From a virus: 64,000 nucleotides of DNA. Below the pieces are notes generated by a model. That model was given only the letters and a program-made list of their open reading frames with translations, was not told the DNA's origin and searched no databases. Made by a program: the position numbers and the translations under genes. The stretch covers positions 32,001-96,000 of the IMG/VR virus record IMGVR_UViG_3300014152_000001, one strand, 5' to 3'. Positions 29,340 to 39,758 of this stretch are shown here, in pieces. How positions within the stretch are numbered: position 1 is the stretch's first letter; each line of letters opens with the position of its first letter.

Positions 29340-29771
29340 TTAGAACAGAAGTGCTACGATAGGCAAAGGCGTGGCAACATATGTGCCGCCCTGCAATGCG
29401 ATAAGTCTAGTTGGCCCTGCTATGGGTGCAACATAACCATCGGTGGTTGCAGAAACGTCAAGATACTGACCAGCCGTGACAGTAGCATCGCAAAGCACAG
29501 TTACCTCACCACGACAAATGACATCAATTGCCGCGTTGAGTTGACCAGAGGTTTGGGCAATTCCAAGTAGGAATCCGCCTGTTACCGTTGCGGCCACAAC
29601 TTCACAAGTGAAGTCTGCCGTAGTAGCCAACGTAACCAATGCTCCAATGTATATTGCTGTCCCGTTTACATTTGCTATCGCATTGAAAGAGAGAAGGAAT
29701 GAATCATTGTGGAAGGGTGCGCCTTCAAGAGTTCCGGGGAGCGAACTGCCGTGTGGAATTGGGATAGCCAT
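29340..29771 (-). CDS. Capsid decoration/cement protein (DUF2190-like)
   Basis: IYIGALV, LLGIA, VICRGEVTV, VTAGQYL; directly upstream of MCP. Confidence 0.6.
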   Translation of the reverse strand: MAIPIPHGSSLPGTLEGAPFHNDSFLLSFNAIANVNGTAIYIGALVTLATTADFTCEVVAATVTGGFLLGIAQTSGQLNAAIDVICRGEVTVLCDATVTAGQYLDVSATTDGYVAPIAGPTRLIALQGGTYVATPLPIVALLF

Positions 29772-29784
29772 TTTCTATCTCACT

Positions 29785-30300
29785 TTAACCCGACAGTAGA
29801 CCCAGTTCCTTGAAGCGGCTTGAAGCACCTGTAATCTCCTTCCAGTAGTCTGGGAACTCCGCAGAGGCACCAAAGCCAGCGAGTGGACTCGTCTCTTCCT
29901 TGACCGCCCCAACGTTACCCTTTCCGGTAACTTCGGGAGCCTTGGCAGACGCTTCCCTTGCTTTCTTGGCTTCCTCTACCTTGCTCTTGACTTCCTGAAG
30001 TCTCGACTTCAGTTCTTCAAGTTTCTTGCGCTTAACTTCCTCTTCTTCCTTCTTTTTCTTTTGGGCTTCCTCGTTTTCCTCGCTCTTTGCTTCAGATGCT
30101 CTCCTCAAGGCAATCCTCTGAGACAGCAACGCGGCTCTTTTACCGCGAAGGTCTTGCTGTTCCAGTTTTATGTTGACTTCCTTGATGATGGACATCAGAC
30201 CATCGAGTTTGGATTCGAGAGAACCCATCTGCTTCACAATTTGGTCATAACTGAGAGCCTTGCCCTCAGATATATCACCAGAAGGTGCGACAGTAGACAT
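29785..30300 (-). CDS. Scaffold-like coiled-coil protein
   Basis: Long E/K-rich helix between protease and MCP. Confidence 0.6.
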   Translation of the reverse strand: MSTVAPSGDISEGKALSYDQIVKQMGSLESKLDGLMSIIKEVNIKLEQQDLRGKRAALLSQRIALRRASEAKSEENEEAQKKKKEEEEVKRKKLEELKSRLQEVKSKVEEAKKAREASAKAPEVTGKGNVGAVKEETSPLAGFGASAEFPDYWKEITGASSRFKELGLLSG

Positions 30301-30422
30301 TTTAGTTAGTTTTTTCTGGGTAGTATAGCATCGCCTTAGCCATCAACACTACCATAAAAGTTGAAGGAGTCATAGGTAGTTTATATAGGAGTTTCGCCTT
30401 ATTTAAACTCTGCGGTCAGGCT

Positions 30423-31703
30423 TTAGAGCCCCTCTTCATGAGACCGTTCCCTTCGATAGAAGTCGTAACCACAATTGGTGCATTTGAATGTATCCATACC
30501 CGTCTCGTCTGCATAGGTAGTCTGATAGGGTGTGGCAGTGCTTCCGCAATTGGCACAACTCTTAAGAGCCTCGTCCTTTCCTTTTTCCTTTCCCCTCTCC
30601 ACCAAAGGAAAGTCTTCTATTGAGCCGCCCTTGCCTTCGTCCTTCCAAGTAAGTGGGTCGCAAGTGTCGCAAACCAGATACTCACCAATCGGATGGGTTC
30701 CGGTCCTCTTATGGCAGAAGTCGCAGGAGCCACCTTCCTCGTCCTCTGGTTTGCACGGTGGCAGAGAATCTAGAAAGGCTTGCTCATCGGGAGTGAATCC
30801 TTCATCCTCTATGGGCTTGGCCGAAGGCAGACCTCTCTCCTTTTGAGAGTAATGAATATCAACTCGGTCTTCTGGATAGCCTTCCATCTGTATCTTAGCC
30901 ACTCTAAGAGTGATTTCAGACACTCCAATGATGGCCATTGCGACTGCATCAAAGGCCGAGATAAGCACTGGTGTCAAGTCCGGCATAATCACTTTAGCCT
31001 TCTTCGGGGTCTGTTTAGGCTGTAGAATGCCATAAGACTTGTCTTGAGGCGCAAATCTCTTCTGAAGAGCCCTGTCTAGACTGGCTTTGAAGCCAATCGG
31101 GGTCACTTCAGCCTTCTCGTAAGCCGGAATTGCGACCATGCTTTGCTCCAAAACCATCGGATGTCGGATGAGCATATCGAGACTTCCGCACCTTGGGCAC
31201 GGCAAATCGAGGTCATCTATCCCCGCTTCCTCTTCTTTCTTGCCCATTGCGGCAATGCAATTATCGCAGTAGGCTTGTGGAACTGCAATCTGAATACTGT
31301 TAAACCTCACATAGCCTAACAGAATCTTCTGAATGAGGCTCTCGTCAACGGTTTGACCAGCCCACAAGACCTTTCCAGTCTTCTCATCCTGTTCATCCTT
31401 CTCTACCCAAGCGTCTTCGACCTTACCGATGATTGAATCTACATGGTCGATGTCGTGGTCTTTCATCAGAGGAGCACCCTTCAGTTGGTCAGCGATGGCC
31501 TGAAGGTCTTCGATTGGGACACGCCACTTGTTTCTGTTCCTTGAGGTATCAATTGCCATGCCACCAAGGTTCAGAATGTGCGGAAACTGACCTGTGGCTT
31601 TGTAGTTTTTAATGAGTTCTTGGTATTCTTTTCCTGTAATCAGTGGAGCGATACCAGAACTGTAGCGAAATTTGAAGCCCCTGCCGTCAAGAGGATTAGT
31701 CAT
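30423..31703 (-). CDS. Prohead maturation protease with Zn-ribbon C-terminal extension
   Basis: NRNKW, PLMKDH...IIGKV, FNSIQ, EQSMVAIPAYEKA (herpes/HK97-type protease motifs). Confidence 0.75.
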   Translation of the reverse strand: MTNPLDGRGFKFRYSSGIAPLITGKEYQELIKNYKATGQFPHILNLGGMAIDTSRNRNKWRVPIEDLQAIADQLKGAPLMKDHDIDHVDSIIGKVEDAWVEKDEQDEKTGKVLWAGQTVDESLIQKILLGYVRFNSIQIAVPQAYCDNCIAAMGKKEEEAGIDDLDLPCPRCGSLDMLIRHPMVLEQSMVAIPAYEKAEVTPIGFKASLDRALQKRFAPQDKSYGILQPKQTPKKAKVIMPDLTPVLISAFDAVAMAIIGVSEITLRVAKIQMEGYPEDRVDIHYSQKERGLPSAKPIEDEGFTPDEQAFLDSLPPCKPEDEEGGSCDFCHKRTGTHPIGEYLVCDTCDPLTWKDEGKGGSIEDFPLVERGKEKGKDEALKSCANCGSTATPYQTTYADETGMDTFKCTNCGYDFYRRERSHEEGL

Positions 31704-31855
31704 CCTAGTAGGTTTAGGGTCGTAGGACTATTTAAACCCTACCTAGAATGTTTAAATAGTGTGCTACTGTAGGGTATGAGCGATAGTAGAGAGAAACCTA
31801 TAATAAGATACCGAGCCAGACCAAAGATGATACCCCATGGGTATCTGCGTTCTCT

Positions 31856-32176
31856 CTACTTCTTCTTCTTCTCTACTGATTTGGCGAACACACATATCGC
31901 CTGCCCTTCAGCGTGAACTATCTTCACTATCTGAGCCTTTCGATTCCATAGATAGACTCTGGCAAAGTCAGCAGGTAAGGCTATAATGACTTGTCCATCT
32001 TTAACTGATACCGTTGCCTCGAACTTTCGAGCCGATGCGAACTCCAATGCTTTGTGCTTCTCTTGAGTGATGTAAAATTCATCAGAACTTGGACCGTAAA
32101 CGAAAGCCTTTGTGCCCCACTCCTCTGGCTTTACTAAATCTCCAAGCGGCAGGTTAATTGTGTCCATATTTGCCAT
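31856..32176 (-). CDS. Hypothetical protein (AbrB-like C-terminus possible)
   Basis: GQVIIALPADFAR. Confidence 0.45.
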   Translation of the reverse strand: MANMDTINLPLGDLVKPEEWGTKAFVYGPSSDEFYITQEKHKALEFASARKFEATVSVKDGQVIIALPADFARVYLWNRKAQIVKIVHAEGQAICVFAKSVEKKKK

Positions 32177-32632
32177 TTGCTCTCTCCTTTCGAGTAGGTT
32201 TCTTGTTACTAATAGGGATTCTGTCTACCCAACAGAGACAGGATTCGCTCTCCCAACCAAAGGTTTCCATACCATTAAGAGAAGGAAAGTCTGAGCCGTG
32301 GGCTCCTTTGGTGTGCGGTTTGGAGAAATCAGGTTCGGTCATTTTCTTGCACCATGTCCATATAAGATACAGGTAATGCAGTGGTAGGCTTGTCTAAGAC
32401 AATGCTTTCGTAACCCTCTTCCATCCATTCCATTGGGGTCGGATGAGAGGAATCTAGCAAGCCAGTAGATACAATCGTCTACATCTTCCTTAGTCATATA
32501 CGACATTTCTGTTCTCATTATGAATCACTATAACCGCAACAGAAACAATGACATCCCTTCTCGGTGCAATCTGTAACTATAACCTTTCCACTATGACAAA
32601 TGCAAGCAGGACAATAGATAGGGTCGGGATGA

Positions 32633-32929
32633 TTACTCAACCGCATCTACTTTGAGGGTTCCGTAGCGACCAATGTTTAATTGCAACACGCCCTTGTAAG
32701 TGCTTGTGTATCCGTTGGAGATGGCTACTAGAGAATCCACTGCGACCTTACCGATGTCATCGCCCCAGAGCACCAACTTAATCTCGCCTGTCGCATCCTT
32801 CAGTTGGGCGTTGGCTACTGTTGTCGTGCCGCCTGCTCTAAGGTTGACCGTCCTCGTATCTTCTTTGCTGACGATGAGGCCAGCAACGTCTACTTTCGTT
32901 ACCTTATCCTTCAAGTCTTTGATGTCCAT
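32633..32929 (-). CDS. ssb: Single OB-fold ssDNA-binding protein (TACK-type SSB)
   Basis: IKDLK...LKDATGEIKLVLWGD...ISNGYTSTYKGVLQLNIGRYG. Confidence 0.88.
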   Translation of the reverse strand: MDIKDLKDKVTKVDVAGLIVSKEDTRTVNLRAGGTTTVANAQLKDATGEIKLVLWGDDIGKVAVDSLVAISNGYTSTYKGVLQLNIGRYGTLKVDAVE

Positions 32930-32952
32930 ATACCAGTAGTATCTATTGTCGG

Positions 32953-33321
32953 CTATATAAAGGTTCTGGCTTTGGCGTTAATCTCATTCATACCTTTGCC
33001 AGTTTTGAGGTTATGTGAAATGCTTCTGTGTAACTTTGCAGGTATGTAGATGGCAACTGAAGGAGTTATATGATGGAGCACTGCGCCTCTAAAGTGTTTG
33101 TTGAGAATAGTAGTAGTTGGGAGTTCTCTGTTTCGTCTGTGTTGCTCAACCCGTACAATCGCTCTCACTTTCTCTGGATAGTCTGCTCGATATTGTCTCA
33201 TGTAGTTCCGCATATACGCTTTGGAGTTCTTGTGCTTCTCTGGATGAGCCTTATTCCATGCGGTGCTCCAAGCAATCTGCTTCTTTCGATACTTCAGATA
33301 CTTGGCTCTATTGTAACCCAC
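32953..33321 (-). CDS. HNH-like endonuclease (LHH.TP type)
   Basis: LHHITPSVAIYIPAKLHRSISH; paralogue of 34721. Confidence 0.6.
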   Translation of the reverse strand: MGYNRAKYLKYRKKQIAWSTAWNKAHPEKHKNSKAYMRNYMRQYRADYPEKVRAIVRVEQHRRNRELPTTTILNKHFRGAVLHHITPSVAIYIPAKLHRSISHNLKTGKGMNEINAKARTFI

Positions 33322-33554
33322 AGCCTATATAGGGAATCTCCCCTATATAAGCGTAAAGGTTTAGATACTTTTCATTGTTTCCCATGTCATCTTGTCTTCG
33401 GTGGTATAGCCGCATACTTGGCACAACTTTTGCTGGCCGTTGCTAGGGCTTTCATAGGGTTCTAACTCTCCCTCTTTGCACTTTGGGCACATCTCAACCA
33501 TATCTCATAGGTAAGGTAGGAATCCTTATTAAGTCTTCTCTACCAAGGGTGGGT

Positions 33555-33854
33555 ATGACCAATCTATTGGAACGTGAGAGACGGGTAAAAAGGATTCTGA
33601 AGAAGTTGGGACTGGATACTCGCTTAGACCTTGATGTTAGGCTCACAGACAAGATTAAGACTGGTCAAGCCCTTACCATCGTTGAGATTAATCCCGACCT
33701 TAGTGACAAAGAGTTTGACGAGACTTTTGCTCACGAACTACTTCATTACTTAGGTCTTGAACACAACGAAACCACTAGACAACTCAGTTACTCGTCAACC
33801 GACCCCAAGAAGGACATTCTAAGCAAGACGTTGGCTAAGATGGTGAATGAGTAA
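33555..33854 (+). CDS. Zincin-like HExxH protein
   Basis: INPDL...TFAHELLHYLG. Confidence 0.65.
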   Translation: MTNLLERERRVKRILKKLGLDTRLDLDVRLTDKIKTGQALTIVEINPDLSDKEFDETFAHELLHYLGLEHNETTRQLSYSSTDPKKDILSKTLAKMVNE

Positions 33855-34343
33855 ATGATTCTTGGTGTGGTGGGTTCGGGAGCAGACAAGTTTACGCCAG
33901 CAGGCGAGGTATTGGCTAGGAAATACATCCAAGCCCTTCTCATCGACAAAAGGATAGAGTCCAACCTACACGACCAACCTTTGGTCGTTAGAAGTGGGCA
34001 TTCGATAATGGGTGGCGTTGACATTTGGGCTGAAGAGACAGCACGAGGTATGGGTATCACTTTAGACATTAAAGCACCAAAACAAGAGCGTTGGGATGCT
34101 CCCTATGGTTACAAGGCTCGAAACTTGGACATTGCCAAGTCCGATGAAATCGAAGTCATCGTGGCAGACTCCTATCCCCTAGACTATAAAGGAGAGCGAT
34201 TCAAAGAATGCTATCATTGTCATACTTCAGACCATGTGAAATCAGGCGGGTGTTGGGCAGGACTTCAAGCCCTAAAGATGGGGAAGAAGGCAGTGTGGAT
34301 ACTTGTTCACAATGACGGTAGTGGGGCTAGTCGGATTCGGTAA
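33855..34343 (+). CDS. SLOG-superfamily (YspA/DprA-like) protein
   Basis: VVGSG, VRSGH..GGVDIWAE, GYKARN. Confidence 0.65.
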   Translation: MILGVVGSGADKFTPAGEVLARKYIQALLIDKRIESNLHDQPLVVRSGHSIMGGVDIWAEETARGMGITLDIKAPKQERWDAPYGYKARNLDIAKSDEIEVIVADSYPLDYKGERFKECYHCHTSDHVKSGGCWAGLQALKMGKKAVWILVHNDGSGASRIR

Positions 34344-34695
34344 GACCTAACTCTGCTACATTCGCAACCTTTGGTGCGGTCTTAACTACATCATACGATT
34401 CCGAACCATCAGCCCATGCTCCGGCCACTTCAACACCAAACGACCAATGCTCAGTAACAAGTTCAACACGAAGTCTGCCGCTGTCTGCATTGCCGCAGTT
34501 GACCGTCTCTCCGTTCTCTACTTGCATCGCCTGTTGGAAAACATCTTCAACGAGGATAGTGTATTGTTCTTCAATACGTTTGATTGTGGGTGGGTCAGGT
34601 GAACCAACCCATACCCAATGATAGGTATCAAATAGTAACTTGGCTCTCATTGAAGCCAATGAGATTGCGTGTTGAAGGTGCTCTGGTAACTCCAT
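34327..34695 (-). CDS. Hypothetical protein
   Basis: ORF with TATA. Confidence 0.5.
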   Translation of the reverse strand: MELPEHLQHAISLASMRAKLLFDTYHWVWVGSPDPPTIKRIEEQYTILVEDVFQQAMQVENGETVNCGNADSGRLRVELVTEHWSFGVEVAGAWADGSESYDVVKTAPKVANVAELGLTESD

Positions 34696-34720
34696 GCCAC
34701 TACCTCAGGTGGCTTTGTAT

Positions 34721-35173
34721 TTAAGGATTTGTTACCCATTCCATTACTTTGGCGTTAATCTCTCTCATGCCCTCTCCTGTCTTGAGGACATGGAAGACAG
34801 ACCTATGTAAGTCCTTTGGAATGTAGATAGCCACAGAAGGAGTCATATGGTGAAGATGTGCCCCCTTAAAGTGTTCATTGAGAATGGTATCGGTTGGAAG
34901 GTCTCTTGCCCTTCTATTCCTCTCAAGTCTACCAAGTTCTCGCATTCTCTCTAAGTGGTCTCTTCGATATTGCCTCATATAATCTCTCATATACTTTCTA
35001 TGAGTAAGATGAGTCTTGTGATAAGAAGCACGATATTCTTTTGGATGCTCCTTCCGCCATTTTTGCGTTCTCTTAACATCGCATGATTTACAAATGTGTT
35101 TCGGCCATCTGCGTTGAGCCTCAGACCAATTATCGTTGGTTAGTTCTATACCACAAACAATACAAGTAGACAC
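34721..35173 (-). CDS. HNH-like endonuclease (LHH.TP type) with N-terminal Zn finger
   Basis: CIVCG..NW..CKSC; LHHMTPSVAIYIPKDLH. Confidence 0.6.
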   Translation of the reverse strand: MSTCIVCGIELTNDNWSEAQRRWPKHICKSCDVKRTQKWRKEHPKEYRASYHKTHLTHRKYMRDYMRQYRRDHLERMRELGRLERNRRARDLPTDTILNEHFKGAHLHHMTPSVAIYIPKDLHRSVFHVLKTGEGMREINAKVMEWVTNP

Positions 35174-35324
35174 TATAGCCTATATAGGCATAGACCCCTA
35201 TTTAAACATAAGTGTTCTCCGAGCCAAATATTCATCCCACTTACACTGGGCCTTCAGAAGATGACAAATCCCACATAAGTTTCTTGTGCCCTTAGAAGGG
35301 AAGGACTGGCCGCAGTTGACGCAC

Positions 35325-35702
35325 TCAAGGAGCAACCGCCTCACCGCTTGGTAGTTTCATCTTATCCAAGATAATGGCCTTCATATTGGCCATGAAGAAC
35401 TTCCAGTTGAACTTGTTAACGTGAATGATTCTCCATCCCATTGCCGCAAGTTCGACATCTCGAATTTTGTCCCGCTTCTTTGCCTCTACCGAGAAGTGAT
35501 GCTTCAGTCCATCATACTCGACTCCGACTTTTAGATGTGGGATTCCTACATCCACCCATCGCTTCTTTCGTCTGCCCACAATCGGAACTGGATAATTTAG
35601 AATCGAAAGAGGATAAGGGTAAAGCATTCGGATATAGTGACACAATCTATTTTGCTGGATGCTTGTGGGCGGATGCCATCTTCGTCTCCATCTCCTTGGC
35701 AT
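35325..35702 (-). CDS. Vsr/DUF559-like PD-(D/E)xK endonuclease
   Basis: VDVGIPHLKVGVEYDGLKHH...DKIRDVELAAMGWRIIHV. Confidence 0.8.
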   Translation of the reverse strand: MPRRWRRRWHPPTSIQQNRLCHYIRMLYPYPLSILNYPVPIVGRRKKRWVDVGIPHLKVGVEYDGLKHHFSVEAKKRDKIRDVELAAMGWRIIHVNKFNWKFFMANMKAIILDKMKLPSGEAVAP

Positions 35703-35770
35703 AGATAGAAGATAGACTCCCATCTATATAAACCCTCAACTTTATAGGAAGGGCGTTACATAGTAAGGGC

Positions 35771-36004
35771 GTGTCCCTAGCAAACTTCAGAGAACTGGTA
35801 AGGGCTCGTCAGAACGAGTCAGAAGTGACTCGATGTAGTGCTACTCAAACCTACACTGATGTCTTTGGAGACTTCTCTAAGACTCAGTGCCGATTCTTTG
35901 AAGGACATGATGGAGAGCATTACTTCGACCCTTCAGATATTCCTGACCCAAATGTAATAGTTGATGAAGACGGCATCAAGTTCATCTTCAGGATTCCACT
36001 TTAG
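35771..36004 (+). CDS. Hypothetical protein
   Basis: C..C...GHDGEH motif. Confidence 0.5.
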   Translation: MSLANFRELVRARQNESEVTRCSATQTYTDVFGDFSKTQCRFFEGHDGEHYFDPSDIPDPNVIVDEDGIKFIFRIPL

Positions 36005-36054
36005 AAAGGTGGCCAGTAGGTTTAAATAGTCCCGATGTATTAGAAGGAGTAGAC

Positions 36055-36789
36055 ATGACAGCATCACTAGGTTTCAGTGCGACTTCTGGTATCGTAACAG
36101 AAAAGATTACTGTTTACGGAGTAGGATATACTCCCAGTTCAACAATAACTGTATCCACCTTCAATGGCGCACCGATAGTATTGACTCCAGCCATCCCTGC
36201 CACTGACGCAGTAACAGGTAATTGGACTGCCACATTTGTAGTTCCAGCCCTAGTAAGAGGAACTTACGCCTTTGTAGCCACTGATGCAGTCGCTCCTACT
36301 GCTACGCTAGGCTTTACTATTGTTCCGTCAATCACAGTCTCTCCAATCGCGGTTAATATGCTAACCGCAGGAGTCACTATCACTGGAAAAGGATTCACTT
36401 CTACCATACTCACCGGAGTCACCGTTGGTGGTGTTGTGCCCTCAGTTCATCAGGCATTTCCACTTCCTAATGTTGTCACCGGAGCATGGACTATGACATT
36501 CACCGTTCCACTGGTTCCAACCACAGGAGCCGTTGACATCATAATCACCGATGCTGACGAGACGGTTCAAACAACCTTCGCTGTTGCTGATTGGATAGTC
36601 GTTGACATAGGTGGACTAGCAGATACAGAATCAGGAGTCGCCATGTGGGGTATGCCAGTGATTACTGTCCTTAACTACACGGTAACATACGACAGGTCTA
36701 TGGGTCTGTCTCCCACAATCTCGACAACACACACCTGTAGAAACGACCCAAGAACCGCGGGTGTCGGAAGCAACGTGTGGGACTCCTAA
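36055..36789 (+). CDS. Ig-like (IPT/TIG) repeat virion protein, 2 domains
   Basis: ITVYGVGY, GNWTATFVVP repeats. Confidence 0.7.
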   Translation: MTASLGFSATSGIVTEKITVYGVGYTPSSTITVSTFNGAPIVLTPAIPATDAVTGNWTATFVVPALVRGTYAFVATDAVAPTATLGFTIVPSITVSPIAVNMLTAGVTITGKGFTSTILTGVTVGGVVPSVHQAFPLPNVVTGAWTMTFTVPLVPTTGAVDIIITDADETVQTTFAVADWIVVDIGGLADTESGVAMWGMPVITVLNYTVTYDRSMGLSPTISTTHTCRNDPRTAGVGSNVWDS

Positions 36790-36877
36790 GAAAGTCTGAA
36801 GCCCCAATCTTCCATTTTTGTATTCCATCGAGTAAGCATCATCCTTAAATACTCCCAAGTCTAAAATAAGAGTAGAC

Positions 36878-39529
36878 ATGGCTTCAATAACTCTTACTCC
36901 GGCTCTTGGCATTGTAGGAGCATCTATCACTGTGACGGGTTCAGGATTTGGTGATAATCTAACGCTGTCGGCTACTATCGGTGGCAATATACTAGCCTTA
37001 CTTCCAGCCTTAGTTCAAACTGATGCAAGCGGTAACATTCCTGTGGGAACCACCTTCGTAGTTCCGGCTATGGACGGAAACGCTGGAAATCCCTACACTG
37101 TTAACGTCTCTGATGGAAGTGTCAGTGCTAACGCAGACTTTAGTTTTGTTGCGGCAGTAAGCCTCAGTTCGAGTAGTGGTTATGTTGGAGACTCAGTTAC
37201 CATAACTGGTTCAGGATTCTCCTATGCAAGTGGATTCCAACCGATAACTTACCTTACATTCGATACTGGCGGTGCAGATATTGATATTCTAGCAACACCC
37301 GCACCTGTGGTTGCGTCAGATGGAAGTTGGAGCCAAGCCTTCATAGTTCCTCACGACACCAAAGGTCTCAAGGCTGTTACTGCTGATGATGCGTCTGGCG
37401 AGGGTTATCCCCATGCAGACTTCACCATCAACCCTGCGATAACTCTCAGCGATGGAGGTAACACACACGGTTTCGTTGGTGATACTGTCACCGCAACTGG
37501 AACAGGTTATACTACCACCATACTTTCAACAGCCACTTTCGCAACTGCGGCTGGTGCTCTAAGTCTCATCGGTGGGTTCCCCACTCCTAATGCTACTGGT
37601 GACTTCACCACATCATTCCTTGTCCCTGCTACTATCAAGGGTGCTCATGTTGTTACACTTGCCAGTGTCACTGCTACGGCTGGCACTAACTTCACCACAG
37701 ACCCACTACTCATACTTCAATACTTGGGCACTGGTTGGCCCGGAAGAGTAATCGGTGTCACTGGAACAGGCTTCAGCACAAGCAACGCTATGAGCACATT
37801 CACCTTCAATGGTCTTGTGCCCACAGTCCAAACTGTTACAACTGCTTCTACCGATGCACATGGTTCCTTCCCTAGTGCTGGCACTGCAACATTCACAGTT
37901 GATGCCTATCCTTGTGTTGTCGCTGGCTATCCTGTTGTCGCCACAGATGCAGGCGGAGCCAGTGATACCGAAACATTTAAGGTCGAACCACACATCAACT
38001 TCGTTGGCGCAAATAGCGGTGTTGTTGGAGACACCATCACTGTCGCTGGTGTAGGATGGACATACGCTTTGGGAGTGACTCTCAACTCCATTACTCTTGA
38101 GACTGTTGTGCCCGGAACTCAAACCGTCACTGGCACTGCCGTTGCTGTAGATGGTAGTTGGGCCGCACAAACCTTCGTCATTCCAGATGTGACGGGTGGT
38201 CCTGACCAACTCCTAATAGGAAGCACTATAAGCGATAGTGCTCAAGAACTTGTCACTGTCTCAGGGTCGATGACAACCTCTCTAGCCGATGCCATTGTTG
38301 GCACAGCCGCAGTCCATATCTATGGACATGGGTTTACCACTACTGCTACTCCGATACTTTCCGTCACCTACAATACTCATGCACTTACAGTAGCACCAGC
38401 CCATCCAGTCATAGGAGCAGATGGTCAGTGGACAGCCACATTCACCGTTCCACATGAGCCTGCTGGCTCTCATGCGATTGAAGCCAAGAGTCAGGCTTCG
38501 GTTGACGATGTGACCTGCAATTTCATTATCGATACAACCTTCACACTCAGTCCGAGCAGTGGTCATGTTGGAGCCGTAGTCACCGTTGCCGGAACTGGTT
38601 ACGATGCAACTTCAAACGTGAGTGTGTTCACTTTCAACGGTGTAGCACCCGCAGGTCAAACCGTTACTGGACATAACACTGCCGCGAATGGCAACTACTC
38701 ACAAGTCTCGCCAGCAGGTAAGTTCACTGTTCCAGCCATAGCCAAAGGCACTTACAATGTTATTATGACAGATGCGGGTGGTGCTACTAAGACTGTGACT
38801 TTCGCTGTCACTCCAGCAATAAGTCTTGCTCCTATCAGTGGCGATACCGGAGACACTGTTACTGTAACTGGCTCTGGCTTCTCCACCACAATACTCACTT
38901 CGGCAACCATCGGTGTTGCATTGACTTCTATACTTCCTCTTGCTCCTCCGACCCCTAGTGGAATTGGAGCGTTCACTTTCACATTCATAGTCCCAGACCT
39001 ACCCGATGGCACTCAGACTGTCACCGTTAGGAATGCCGCTTCCACTGCCACTGCTTCCTTTAATGAGATTGCATCAATGACCCTCACTCCAACCTACAGC
39101 GGTAATGCAACTGTAATCAGCATTGTTGGAACAGGATTCACTCACTTAGATGCTATACTCACGCTCACAATCAATGGCATCACGCCCCCGAACAACACCT
39201 GTATCGGTGCAGTCGTTGATGTGACTGGCACTTGGAAGGGCACAATCACAGTTCCTCTTCTAGACTTGGGTGTGTATACCATCGTAGTCACTGATACTCA
39301 CGATGGAACCGTCACTGCTACTCTCACCATCTTGGATTGGACAAGAATCATTGGAGGCGGAGATATGGGAAATGGTTCGGCCAACTATGGCATACCAAGC
39401 ATGATTGGTGAAAGTGGTCTTACAGTGTTAGTAGACGAGTCCGAAGGCGTGAGACCATTTAAGATAGAGAAGCACATCTCCAAGAGATACCCCGGCAACG
39501 AGGACGGAACGAATGTCTGGGAATCCTAG
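36878..39529 (+). CDS. Ig-like (IPT/TIG) repeat virion protein, about 9 domains
   Basis: Repeated G.VGD.VTVTGSGF...FTVP units. Confidence 0.75.
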   Translation: MASITLTPALGIVGASITVTGSGFGDNLTLSATIGGNILALLPALVQTDASGNIPVGTTFVVPAMDGNAGNPYTVNVSDGSVSANADFSFVAAVSLSSSSGYVGDSVTITGSGFSYASGFQPITYLTFDTGGADIDILATPAPVVASDGSWSQAFIVPHDTKGLKAVTADDASGEGYPHADFTINPAITLSDGGNTHGFVGDTVTATGTGYTTTILSTATFATAAGALSLIGGFPTPNATGDFTTSFLVPATIKGAHVVTLASVTATAGTNFTTDPLLILQYLGTGWPGRVIGVTGTGFSTSNAMSTFTFNGLVPTVQTVTTASTDAHGSFPSAGTATFTVDAYPCVVAGYPVVATDAGGASDTETFKVEPHINFVGANSGVVGDTITVAGVGWTYALGVTLNSITLETVVPGTQTVTGTAVAVDGSWAAQTFVIPDVTGGPDQLLIGSTISDSAQELVTVSGSMTTSLADAIVGTAAVHIYGHGFTTTATPILSVTYNTHALTVAPAHPVIGADGQWTATFTVPHEPAGSHAIEAKSQASVDDVTCNFIIDTTFTLSPSSGHVGAVVTVAGTGYDATSNVSVFTFNGVAPAGQTVTGHNTAANGNYSQVSPAGKFTVPAIAKGTYNVIMTDAGGATKTVTFAVTPAISLAPISGDTGDTVTVTGSGFSTTILTSATIGVALTSILPLAPPTPSGIGAFTFTFIVPDLPDGTQTVTVRNAASTATASFNEIASMTLTPTYSGNATVISIVGTGFTHLDAILTLTINGITPPNNTCIGAVVDVTGTWKGTITVPLLDLGVYTIVVTDTHDGTVTATLTILDWTRIIGGGDMGNGSANYGIPSMIGESGLTVLVDESEGVRPFKIEKHISKRYPGNEDGTNVWES

Positions 39530-39533
39530 AAGA

Positions 39534-39758
39534 CTAAGACTCTTCAGATGTAGAGCCTAATCTCTTCGCAATCATCCTTCCTATAGTCTCCACATTATCT
39601 GAATAGGTCTCTTCGGGTGTAAAGAAGGCCACCGCCTTACCTGCATGGACGACATGGGCTATCCCTTTGGTTATGGTTATCATGGAATCAGTCTCATCGT
39701 TCTCCCAATGCCCCAGAATGGCACCCCTTTCGACCTCTTTTATCCTTTTCCATGTCAT
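39534..39758 (-). CDS. Hypothetical protein
   Basis: ATGA-coupled ORF. Confidence 0.5.
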   Translation of the reverse strand: MTWKRIKEVERGAILGHWENDETDSMITITKGIAHVVHAGKAVAFFTPEETYSDNVETIGRMIAKRLGSTSEES

